In this document: positions 11,744-20,575 of the stretch, in pieces
How the letters are laid out: every line of letters begins with the position of its first letter
Numbering within the stretch: position 1 is the first letter of the stretch
From: Planctomycetota bacterium
GTDB lineage: Bacteria; Planctomycetota; UBA11346
Length of the DNA stretch: 64,000 nucleotides
Direction: 5' to 3'
Assembly: GCA_038231435.1 (NCBI GenBank)
Contig: JBBRLJ010000012.1
Location: 32,001-96,000 of the forward strand
The notes under the pieces: model-generated
Told to the model about the DNA's origin: nothing
Database searches by the model: none
Seen by the model: only the letters and a program-made list of their open reading frames with translations
Translations under genes and position numbers: made by a program

Positions 11744-13162
11744 TCAGCGGATCTCGATCGGCGAGCTCAATAGCGCACGCATGCCGTTCTTGGATCCGAC
11801 CTTCACGTCCTTCCACGGCGCGTTGCCGAAGCTGCTCTCGTTCCACGCCGCCGCGCCGCAGGCGAGGCAGATGCGTTGCCAGATCACCGCTAGCGCCAAG
11901 CGGTCATCGACCGTGCCGGTCGATACCGCGAGCGCGGAGAGTTCACTCGCGAGCGGCGTGCGATCCGCCCCGACCGCCCCGACGGCGGCGTAGAGGGAGC
12001 GGTTGTACTGGTACGCATCCATGGACTTCTTCAACAGCAGGTCACGCCGGTTCTGGCCATCGGCGATGCGCATGAACCGCTCCGGCTGGAACAGCGCGTA
12101 GGACACCACCAGCGGATGTCCCCAGGCGTCGTTCCACTGCTTCTTCGGCGAACGGTCGCCGCGGTAGGCGAGTTCGCCGTCGCGGACTGGGAGGATCTCG
12201 GCCGCCTCGAGCAGATCGATGGTGGCGAGCGGCGACAGCCAGCCGAGATCGAAGGGCAGCGGACGGTTTGCGGCGGTGATGACCGAGGTGCCGTCCGAGC
12301 GCGTGCCGGTGACCGCTCCCGCCACCGCGCAGGTCTGGCTCGGGTCGGGGGTGGCGCAGCTCCACATCGGTCCGGAATCTGGGCCCATCGTCACCGCGCC
12401 GTTGAGGATCGGCACCAGCGTGCAGTTCTGGGGATTGTGCACGTCGCCCAGCTGCCAGGCCGAAAGGCCGGGGATGTTGTTCTGGTCGAATGGCACGGTC
12501 GGATCCTTGAATTCCGGCGTCTTGGCGATGACGGCCGTGGCCGGTTTGGCCGGATCGCAGACGTCGCCGTTCGCGGCGAGGCCGGGCTTGCCCCAGGGAA
12601 AGCGCAGGATGGGCGGCACGGTTCCCGGCGTCGCCGCAGACCAATCGGTCTGCGGCCAATGGCACGGCCAGGCGGCTGCGTAGTAGGTAGGCGCCACCGC
12701 TCCGGTAGCCGGCGGCAGGACGTCGAACACGTTCTTCCACATGTCGCGCTGCATGTGGTCTTCGTCCGAATCCGGCTGGTAGACCCCGGCCGTCACCGCC
12801 CAGGCCTGCCCGCTGCTGTCGGGCTTCACCAGCCACGGAGCTTGCGAGCGCGCCGGCCGCCCGGCGAGCACCGCGCTCCAGATGCCTTCGAGCGAGGCGA
12901 AGCGGCTGACGCCGCCGAGTCCAAGGCTGGCCTGCAGCCCGGCCGCAGCGCTGCCTTCCACCTGCGCGTAGCCCGCGAGCGCGGTGAGGATCGCCTGCAT
13001 GCGTTGGCCGGTATCGAGCGTGCGCGCCTTGAAGCGCAGCGAATTCGCGATCGAGATGGTCAGGCACGACAGCACGGTGATGATCGCGACCACCGCGAGG
13101 ATCTCGATCAACGTGAATGCCGCGCGCGTCCGCATCCTCTGCGTCGATGTCCAGGAGTTCAC
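11744..13162 (-). CDS. Large prepilin-type protein (PilE/GspG-like position), about 470 aa
   Basis: Class III signal RAA|FTLIEILAVVAIITVL and late DAWGHPL motif. GTG start overlaps the upstream stop (GTGA); alternative ATG at 13135. Confidence 0.82.
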   Translation of the reverse strand: MNSWTSTQRMRTRAAFTLIEILAVVAIITVLSCLTISIANSLRFKARTLDTGQRMQAILTALAGYAQVEGSAAAGLQASLGLGGVSRFASLEGIWSAVLAGRPARSQAPWLVKPDSSGQAWAVTAGVYQPDSDEDHMQRDMWKNVFDVLPPATGAVAPTYYAAAWPCHWPQTDWSAATPGTVPPILRFPWGKPGLAANGDVCDPAKPATAVIAKTPEFKDPTVPFDQNNIPGLSAWQLGDVHNPQNCTLVPILNGAVTMGPDSGPMWSCATPDPSQTCAVAGAVTGTRSDGTSVITAANRPLPFDLGWLSPLATIDLLEAAEILPVRDGELAYRGDRSPKKQWNDAWGHPLVVSYALFQPERFMRIADGQNRRDLLLKKSMDAYQYNRSLYAAVGAVGADRTPLASELSALAVSTGTVDDRLALAVIWQRICLACGAAAWNESSFGNAPWKDVKVGSKNGMRALLSSPIEIR

Positions 13163-14694
13163 CACAGGATCGGATCCCGGTCCATGCGCTGCAGCCATGC
13201 GATGTTGCCGGCGTAGACCTTCGGCGACAGGCTGCGGGTGTCGCTCGACCCGAAAGTGGCCTGGGTGGTGGCATACTGCGCGGTGAACTCGTAGGGCGGG
13301 GGACCCGATGTCCACGCGTCCCAGATGCGCTCGTGGTCGTTGGCGCCGCCGAACCCCAGCACCCCCTGGTGCTCGAAAGCCGAGGTCGCTTGGCGCCAGA
13401 TCGGATCGTTGTAGATCGCGGCGGTGCGCCCGCCGGACTGCATGCCCGACCACTCGCAGCGGTACCAGATGATGCAGCTGTTGGCGTAGAGGTCGCGGAA
13501 TACGGATTCGCCGGTGAACAGTCCGGATTCCTGCGCGGTCACCGGCTCGAGCGCGCGGCCGGTGCCGGGCACCAGACCGTGAGCGGATTCCCAGCGCGAG
13601 ATCTCGGCGTCGTCCCAGAAGCGGTAGCCGCGCGTGCTGCCGGCGCCGCACGCGACGATGAAGACGCTCCAGTTGCGGATCTTCTGCGTTCCCGGATCCC
13701 TCGGCGCCGTGGCGTCGTACAGCCCGACGCGATCCCACCATTCGGTGCCCGGCTTGCCGACATTGTCGATGCAGTCATGGTCCTTCTGGGTTTCGCGGTA
13801 GACGCGGAACCACGACTGGTTCTCGGTGCCCGGGACGATGGCGAGCTGCTGGCTGCCGCCGCTCGGCCGCCCCGCTGCGTCGAAGGCCTCGTGCACCCAG
13901 TCTCCCGAGGTCGCGCCAGGAGCGACCGCGCCGTTGCGGAAGGCTGGCCAGGTCTCCGCCACCGGCTGTGGGTCGAGCATGCCCTTCGCTCCGCTCGCTC
14001 CGGCGGCACCGGGGCTCGTGTTGAAGATCGTATCGATCCAGCCATTGGGCCAGGTGACGGCATTGTCGTAGTTCGAATAGACCACCTGCATCGCCGACCA
14101 GATCGAGGTGATGCTGCGCGTCTCCCTGTCCCATGGCGTCGTCCAGGCGGAATCACCGTAGCGCACCGGCGGGTTCACCGGGTTGTAGGCCATGGTCAGC
14201 TGCGTCGCGTACGGCGGCGTCTGGCACATCGCCATCGGACAGCGCGTCGCGCTGCCCGGCACCGGCCAACCGCCGCGGCGCGACGAAACCGGCGGCAGGC
14301 TCGCGTCGTCGCCATCCCAGGCATAGGCGGGCCAACCACTGCGCCACCACGGCGGCGCGGGGATCGAGGCGCCGTCGGCCATGGCGCCAGCGGGCCGCGC
14401 TCCGCGCGGGCCCAGGCTGCCGTCGCGCACATCCGTCCAGCCGTAGGTTTCACCGCATGCGTCGCCCCAACCGATGCGCGAGCATTCCTGGATGTACATC
14501 AGTGACGCGTGCATCATCAACCGTGCCTGGCATTCCTCGAGCACGACGCGCACCTCCTGGCTGTCGGCGCGCATGCGCGCCATGAAGGCCACCGCCAACA
14601 CCAGCAGCACCGAGGCCAGGCCGATGACGATGACCAGCACCGCGCCACGGCGGTGGCGCGTGCCGGCCCGCGATGCGCCAGCGATCATCGGCAT
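13159..14694 (-). CDS. PilX/GspK-like minor pilin-type protein, about 510 aa
   Basis: RRG|AVLVIVIGLASVLLVLAVAF without Glu+5, then QARLMMHASL, as in PilX/GspK N-termini. Start uncertain (14724/14694/14688). Confidence 0.78.
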   Translation of the reverse strand: MPMIAGASRAGTRHRRGAVLVIVIGLASVLLVLAVAFMARMRADSQEVRVVLEECQARLMMHASLMYIQECSRIGWGDACGETYGWTDVRDGSLGPRGARPAGAMADGASIPAPPWWRSGWPAYAWDGDDASLPPVSSRRGGWPVPGSATRCPMAMCQTPPYATQLTMAYNPVNPPVRYGDSAWTTPWDRETRSITSIWSAMQVVYSNYDNAVTWPNGWIDTIFNTSPGAAGASGAKGMLDPQPVAETWPAFRNGAVAPGATSGDWVHEAFDAAGRPSGGSQQLAIVPGTENQSWFRVYRETQKDHDCIDNVGKPGTEWWDRVGLYDATAPRDPGTQKIRNWSVFIVACGAGSTRGYRFWDDAEISRWESAHGLVPGTGRALEPVTAQESGLFTGESVFRDLYANSCIIWYRCEWSGMQSGGRTAAIYNDPIWRQATSAFEHQGVLGFGGANDHERIWDAWTSGPPPYEFTAQYATTQATFGSSDTRSLSPKVYAGNIAWLQRMDRDPILW

Positions 14695-14713
14695 GCGGTC
14701 TTCATGTGGCGGC

Positions 14714-16486
14714 TCATGGCGCATAGAATGGTCCCGCTGAGGTATCATAGAAATCCCCGATCGCGTTCGCGTCGCTGAAGGCGGGGCTGTAGAGGCGCCA
14801 GTGCTGGCGCGCGCCGCGGAACGAGCTCCCGTACGGAACGCACACCAGCTCCAGGCGCTTACCGGACAGGCGGTCCTCGACCACCGAGGTCGCCACGGTC
14901 AGGCCGCCGACGCCGCCGAAGCGCCGGTAGCGCAGGATGCTGGTCGACAGCACCGGATACGCGCTCGGTTTGTTATCGAGATCGAGAGGCGTCTCGGCGT
15001 AGTGCGGCACGTACACGGTGCGCGTGGAATCCACGGTCGCGCGCGCGGGAATGGTGCGGTCACCGTCGCTGATGTTGTACGGCAGCCGGTAGGTGCGAGA
15101 AGTCAGGCGCCGGTCGTTGCGCGCGACGTCGCCGGTGTCCTGCCCGCCTCCGGCCATCCATACCCTGGTGCTCCAGTTCATCGAGGTCTGGCCGCCGGCG
15201 ACGGTGCCGCCCATGATCATCTGCAGGTACACCGAGCTGCGATCGTAGCAGGCATCATTGCCGACGCGCTCCGCGAGCACCGGCAGCGTGACCAGGGCCC
15301 AGGTCCGCCCTTCGCGGAAATCGCAACCGAGGAATCCCGCGACATCGCGCGTGCCCCACGGATAGCTCCGGCCCCACAGGCCCGGCAGGCTGTCCTGGCC
15401 GGCGCCTGGCGCCTCCGGATAACCCTTCGGGGTGGTGAAGAAATTGTCCGGCAGCGCGGGTGGTAGTGCGTGCCAATGGTCGTTCGGGCCTTTCCCATCC
15501 TGGTCCTGGATGAACGGGCTGACCTCACCGGGCAGGTATTCGGCGAGGCCGTGCAGGCTCATGCGGCTGAAGGTCTGCCACGCGAGCAGCGGGATGGCCT
15601 GGTTGTAGACGGTGCGCACGGGGCAGACGAGCGGCGGCATGGCGGGATCCGAGGCGTCGATCTCGCCGCTGACGGTGTACGGCCCTGGCGCCAAGCCGGC
15701 GAGCTTGCCGTCCATATCGCGCGCGAAGGCTGGCACCGGCGTTCCCGCGGGCGCGTAGGGGAACAGGGGATCCACCAGCTGCGGCGTGCCCCACGGCGAG
15801 GCGACGCCACTCGCGACATGCGCGAAGCGCATGTCGGTGCAGGCGACCAGGCGGTAGTCGCCGATGGCGAAGCGAGGATTGAAATGCCGGTAGTAGAGAT
15901 CCCAGCTGCCGTTCGCGAGGAACGGCGTGGTGTTGCCCAGGATGTGGCTGCGGTCGATCGAGCGCGGATCGTGGGCGAGCATGACGTTGGGATTGGCGAC
16001 CATGGACCACGCCGTGGTGAACGCGGGCCTTGCGGCATCGACCGGCTCGTCGAACGGCTGTACGTCGGGATCGGTGCTGGGCGAGAACGGCAGCGGCTGG
16101 AAGTGGCGCCGCGCCCCGTAACCCGGCTGCATGGGCAGGTACGAGGGATCGCTGCGAAGTCGCGTGAAGCCCTTGTTGTAGGGCTGGCTGGCATCGGCCT
16201 CGGAATGGTAGAAGTCGACGTCCTCGAGCGATGCTTGGAAGCCGACGCGCAGCAGCGAGTTCTCGGTGCTCAGGGCGTTGGTGATGGAGATGGTGCGGCT
16301 CGCCAGGCGGAAGGCCGATACCGCGGTGAACACGATCACCATCGACAGCACCACCGAGATCATGATCTCGATCAGGGTGAACGCCGCGCGCGCTTCCGCC
16401 CGCGGAACGATGCGCGAGGGCGAGCGGGCGAGGCGCAGCAAGGTGGGCGCGACCGGCAGGCGTGATCGAAGTGCGGCGGGATCCAT
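14714..16486 (-). CDS. PilW/GspJ-like prepilin-type protein, 590 aa
   Basis: RAA|FTLIEIMISVVLSMVIVFTA, followed by an amphipathic helix ending LEDVD. Confidence 0.82.
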   Translation of the reverse strand: MDPAALRSRLPVAPTLLRLARSPSRIVPRAEARAAFTLIEIMISVVLSMVIVFTAVSAFRLASRTISITNALSTENSLLRVGFQASLEDVDFYHSEADASQPYNKGFTRLRSDPSYLPMQPGYGARRHFQPLPFSPSTDPDVQPFDEPVDAARPAFTTAWSMVANPNVMLAHDPRSIDRSHILGNTTPFLANGSWDLYYRHFNPRFAIGDYRLVACTDMRFAHVASGVASPWGTPQLVDPLFPYAPAGTPVPAFARDMDGKLAGLAPGPYTVSGEIDASDPAMPPLVCPVRTVYNQAIPLLAWQTFSRMSLHGLAEYLPGEVSPFIQDQDGKGPNDHWHALPPALPDNFFTTPKGYPEAPGAGQDSLPGLWGRSYPWGTRDVAGFLGCDFREGRTWALVTLPVLAERVGNDACYDRSSVYLQMIMGGTVAGGQTSMNWSTRVWMAGGGQDTGDVARNDRRLTSRTYRLPYNISDGDRTIPARATVDSTRTVYVPHYAETPLDLDNKPSAYPVLSTSILRYRRFGGVGGLTVATSVVEDRLSGKRLELVCVPYGSSFRGARQHWRLYSPAFSDANAIGDFYDTSAGPFYAP

Positions 16487-16489
16487 GGG

Positions 16490-19400
16490 TCAATCGCCGT
16501 TGTTCAGGCGCAGCACGGGATCGTAGACGTTGAAGCGTGCCACCGCCGCGGCGCGCAGGCGCGTGGTCTTTGGGATCGGGCCGATGTCCAGGACGCGGTT
16601 GTTGTTGCGATCGGCGCCCCAGTGGCCGAGCACGATGTCCTCGTTCTCGCGGGTGTATGCCCAGACCTGGGTCGCATCGAGGTTGGTCATGGTGTCGATG
16701 AAGCGCTGCTGGCGGGTCGCGTCGAGCCAGACCAAGGCGTTCTCGGGATTGCCGGCGAACTGGCTGTCGGCGCGGTCATAGGCGTCCTTCGAATCGCCTG
16801 GCTGCAGCATCGGCCAGAACGAATCCACGGTGACGCCATCGGGCTTGGTCCGGATCGAGCGCGCGTGCTTGGCGAGATCGAGCGGCGCGCTCGGCGCCGT
16901 CTCGGCGTCCTCGTATTGCTTCCAATCGACGGCCCAGAACGCCAGCTGGCGATCGCGGTGGAAGGCCTGGAACGGGCGGTTGAGCCAGTAGCGGTCGGCG
17001 TCACTCGACCAGTTCCAGGATCCTCCGGCGCTACCGGGGGGTGCGAGCTGGGGATTGTACATCACCGAGGTCCACGAGGTCTCGTTCCAACGCCCAGGTC
17101 CCAGGTGGCTGAGCGCGCATACCGGCGCGGCGGGCGAGGCTGGGACGGTACCCGTCCTGAAGCCGTCGCGGGTCGCGGGATTGGGCGGCATGATCCAGCG
17201 ATAGAAAGACTCACCCGATGACAAGAGCGTGCTGGTCGGCAGACCTTGAGGCACGCGCTGCGCGTGTCCGTCGGACGACGGTCCGCGCCCGGCATCCATG
17301 AACAGGTCCAGGAGCGCCAGCGGCTTGTCGACCATCACCTGATGGTTGGCCATGCGCGGCGCGCCCCAATCGTAGGGGTTCTCGCACCCGTACGCGGCCG
17401 CGAAGCGCATGCACGTCTCGTGGACGGTGCGCGCGAAGGCGCGGTCGTAATCGCTGCAGATGCGGATCAGCTGCTGGTTGTGGCCGACGGGATCGGCGAG
17501 GATGGGCGGGAAGGCGTTCGGATCGGCGCCGTGCGTGCCCATCATCTTGGTGTAGGTGCGCGCCAGCGGCGGCTGGATCTTGAGATTGCCGGTGGTCGCG
17601 CCGGGCACCGGGTTGCCGGCGATGTAGAGGTCGTCGGTGACGCGGTACTTCTGCACGCCCTCGCCCCGGTCCGGGTTTCGTTCGTTCCTGGCGAACCACT
17701 CGCGGTAGTCCTCCTCGAGGCATATCTCGTCGCCCTTGTAGAAGTGGATGGGCGCGGCGCTGTCGTTGGTGATGGTGATCGAGGTGGCGCCGGCCATGGC
17801 GTTCGCGGGGTCGTCGACCAGCAGCTTGGCGTCCTTGAGTCCGGTGATCGTGACGCCGGGGCGGAGCGGATCCGCGGCCTGGTACTGCCAGGTGAGCGAT
17901 TCCCAATCGAGCAGCGCGAGCACGTCCGGAGCGATGAACGGCGGATCCCAGCCGGTCATGAGCATGGCGGCGTGGGCGAGGTAGCTCAGCGCCAGCACCT
18001 GCGCCGGGTGCGGTGGCAGCCGGGATGACGCGTGCGGATCGATGAGCGGGAACGCCATCAGTTCGAGCGGCCCGTATTCGTACGAATCGCAGTCGATCTG
18101 GGTGTTGGTGACGTTCGGGCGTACGCCGGGCGGGAAGGCGCTGCTCTTGGTGACCGGAGGGATGTCGGGAAACACCGCGTACGCCAGATCGAGCGCCTTG
18201 TCGCGGTAGCTGGCGCGCATCTCGTAGGTGGGCAGCAAGGTGCTGTGAGGTGCGCCGGTGAATTTGCACAATTCGTTGCCGATCCACGGCGTGGGCGGGT
18301 AGTACGGATCCCAGCCATTCACCTTCACGCGCAGCGTCGAGGGCCGCGGTGGGAAAACCCCAGAGCCGACCTCGGTGTCTCTACCCACGGCGAGCGCGCC
18401 CTTCACCTGCTCTCCGAGGTACTTGGATTTGCGCGAGGGCGCTGGATCCGGCAGGATCTGGTACCAGTAGTTGTTGTAGGTGGCGCTGTCCTCGCTGGTC
18501 AGCAGCGCCATGACCGGCAGCCATCCGGCCTTCTCGTAATGGCTCGCCAGAGGCGCGGCGGCGTAGGCGTTCCAATCCGGAAGTGGCCGCAGGGTGTCGT
18601 TGAAGCCGGCAAGTCGCTGGAATGGCAGCCAACCGCGATCCCACAACGATCCGGGCGGGCAGGTGGCGGCGAAATACCTCCAGTCGCGGCCTTGATACCA
18701 GCCCGTGGATCCGGTGTTCCAGTCGCCGGCCGCGTCGGGCGCGACGTCGGCTGGGTCGATCGGCTTGCGCGTTTGGTCGCTCAGGGGGCTCCACGGCGTC
18801 GCGCGCAGCGGTCGGATCTGCCGCTCGTTCTGCGGCGCATCGGGGAAGGTCACTGGCGACCAGGCGAAGTGGCCACCGTCGCCCCACACGATGCCATCGC
18901 CGTAGCCGAGGCCCGGTGGCGGGCTGCCGCTCGGCGACGCGGGAAGTCCCAGCATGTTCTGCCCGCGGATCGGACCACCATACGTGCCGGTGGCGGGATC
19001 GAACATCTTGTGCACCGGCCCGCGGCGGATTTCGTGTCCGGAGGCCCGCAACGCCACCCATGCGGGCGGGAACGGGTAGATCTCGTACCACGGCCAACTC
19101 TCCACCGGATGGCTGGTGAGCGCATTCTGCTGCGCGTAGCCGGTGACCGCGAACACCAGCTTGTGCGCCTCCTGCGCCGGATTCAGGGTCAACGATTTGT
19201 CGCGCGCCGATGACACGGTCAGGCCGCGCACGTAGCCGGTATCCTGGTAGAGCAGGCAGCCGCCGGCGTCGAGCAGGCGCTGGATCTCGTCGTTGTCGCT
19301 ATCGATGCGGCGCGCGATCTCGAGCGGCACGGGATACACGCCGGTCATCCATCCGCATAGGTAGCGCTCGATGTCGTGCTGGTAGGGCGACGCGACCAGG

Positions 19401-19690
19401 TTGCAGTCGCGCAGGCGGTTCGCCCACCCGGGGATGGGCGGGCTACCCGCCGGAGCCAGGTTGGTGTTGAGATCAGGCGCGAGCGTGCCGTGGCCGTTGA
19501 AGCTGATCATCGGCGCGTGGAAATTCTCCATCAGCGTCAGCGCCGCTGAGCCCGCGTATAGTTGGTAGCGCGCGAGCTGCTGAGCCTTCAGGCCGATCGG
19601 CAGCAGCGCGATGGTGGTGAGCACCGCGATGCTCAGCACCAGCATCGAGATCACCACCTCGAAGAGCGTGAATGCCGAGCGCCCGCGCAC
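16490..19690 (-). CDS. Giant PilV/GspI-like prepilin-type protein, about 1066 aa
   Basis: GTG start 2 nt after the upstream stop; RSA|FTLFEVVISMLVLSIAVLTTIALLPIGLK; long Pro/Trp/Tyr-rich body. Confidence 0.83.
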   Translation of the reverse strand: MRGRSAFTLFEVVISMLVLSIAVLTTIALLPIGLKAQQLARYQLYAGSAALTLMENFHAPMISFNGHGTLAPDLNTNLAPAGSPPIPGWANRLRDCNLVASPYQHDIERYLCGWMTGVYPVPLEIARRIDSDNDEIQRLLDAGGCLLYQDTGYVRGLTVSSARDKSLTLNPAQEAHKLVFAVTGYAQQNALTSHPVESWPWYEIYPFPPAWVALRASGHEIRRGPVHKMFDPATGTYGGPIRGQNMLGLPASPSGSPPPGLGYGDGIVWGDGGHFAWSPVTFPDAPQNERQIRPLRATPWSPLSDQTRKPIDPADVAPDAAGDWNTGSTGWYQGRDWRYFAATCPPGSLWDRGWLPFQRLAGFNDTLRPLPDWNAYAAAPLASHYEKAGWLPVMALLTSEDSATYNNYWYQILPDPAPSRKSKYLGEQVKGALAVGRDTEVGSGVFPPRPSTLRVKVNGWDPYYPPTPWIGNELCKFTGAPHSTLLPTYEMRASYRDKALDLAYAVFPDIPPVTKSSAFPPGVRPNVTNTQIDCDSYEYGPLELMAFPLIDPHASSRLPPHPAQVLALSYLAHAAMLMTGWDPPFIAPDVLALLDWESLTWQYQAADPLRPGVTITGLKDAKLLVDDPANAMAGATSITITNDSAAPIHFYKGDEICLEEDYREWFARNERNPDRGEGVQKYRVTDDLYIAGNPVPGATTGNLKIQPPLARTYTKMMGTHGADPNAFPPILADPVGHNQQLIRICSDYDRAFARTVHETCMRFAAAYGCENPYDWGAPRMANHQVMVDKPLALLDLFMDAGRGPSSDGHAQRVPQGLPTSTLLSSGESFYRWIMPPNPATRDGFRTGTVPASPAAPVCALSHLGPGRWNETSWTSVMYNPQLAPPGSAGGSWNWSSDADRYWLNRPFQAFHRDRQLAFWAVDWKQYEDAETAPSAPLDLAKHARSIRTKPDGVTVDSFWPMLQPGDSKDAYDRADSQFAGNPENALVWLDATRQQRFIDTMTNLDATQVWAYTRENEDIVLGHWGADRNNNRVLDIGPIPKTTRLRAAAVARFNVYDPVLRLNNGD

Positions 19691-19692
19691 GC

Positions 19693-20451
19693 TCAGAGCT
19701 CTTGCGTCGCCGCGATGCCGATGGGGTAGAGGATCACGCCGAGAGCGTAGCCGCGCTTGTCCGCTCCGCCGGTGAAATCGAGAGTCTGCACGTCCATCTT
19801 GGCGCACACCGGACTGTCGGCGATGCAGAACGCGCGGTTGCCGGTCAGGCCCATGCCCACCGCCGGCGCTCTGGGCGCCTTGCCGGCGACGACCGCCGCC
19901 GCGTCGATGGGCAGCCCGGTGCGGTATTGGGCGTAGATCACCAGCACGCGATCGGTGGTGGTGACGGCATCGGCTGCGGTCGGCGCGCAGCCCATGACGA
20001 CGCTGCGTCCGAACGTGCACTTCGCCACCGGCGGGTTCACCGAGTCGTTGGTGCTGGTGCTGGTCGCGTCGGCGCGCAGCACCGCAGTCTCGGGGCTCGC
20101 GGTCAGTGAGCCAGCGTCCCGGTTGTCGTAGATCAGCGCCGCATATGGGCGCTCGCCCGCGCGTTGAGTGATCATCAGCCCGAAGTGCTTGGGCGCCGTG
20201 CCGTCGTCGCTGTCGGGCATGGCGTGGCGGATCGCCAGGTTCCGGGCCTGGCGCCAGCACTGCATGATGTCGGTGGCGGCAGCCGAGACCGCGCCCTTGC
20301 GCAGCGTCTTCAAGACCGCCGGCATCATCATCGACATCACCAGCATCATGATGCCGACCACCACCACGAGTTCGATCGCGGTGAAGCCCCGGCGGGCGGC
20401 GCAGGGGGTGGCGCTGGCGGTCGAGACGGGCTGAGGCAGTGGCTTGGCCAT
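19693..20451 (-). CDS. FimT/GspH-like prepilin-type protein, 252 aa
   Basis: RRG|FTAIELVVVVGIMMLVMSMMMP...AATDI...RQARNLA, a FimT/GspH-like pattern. GAGGG RBS. Confidence 0.87.
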   Translation of the reverse strand: MAKPLPQPVSTASATPCAARRGFTAIELVVVVGIMMLVMSMMMPAVLKTLRKGAVSAAATDIMQCWRQARNLAIRHAMPDSDDGTAPKHFGLMITQRAGERPYAALIYDNRDAGSLTASPETAVLRADATSTSTNDSVNPPVAKCTFGRSVVMGCAPTAADAVTTTDRVLVIYAQYRTGLPIDAAAVVAGKAPRAPAVGMGLTGNRAFCIADSPVCAKMDVQTLDFTGGADKRGYALGVILYPIGIAATQEL

Positions 20452-20499
20452 GGCACCCTCGGGGAGCGGCGGCGCACCCCTCGGCAGCGAGGGTGAGCG

Positions 20500-20575
20500 C
20501 CAGGTTTGGATATACGTATCCGCACCGCACCGAGGAATGTTACATCTAGACGTAAGTCCTTATATTTAAAGGCAT
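20500..20575 (-). promoter_or_regulatory. AT-rich promoter region of the pilin-like operon
   Basis: Local AT-rich patch with palindromes GGATA-TACG-TATCC (20508-20521) and ATGTTACAT (20537-20545). Confidence 0.4.

Noticed and set aside
11744..20451. Prophage or contractile injection system
   Set aside because: No terminase, portal, sheath, tube or integrase motifs; all five genes have prepilin-type N-termini.
19691..20530. N-terminal 280 aa of the 1346-aa ORF (likewise 13163-13741 of the 665-aa ORF)
   Set aside because: Overlaps the upstream gene in another frame; the prepilin motif places the true starts at 19690 and about 13162.
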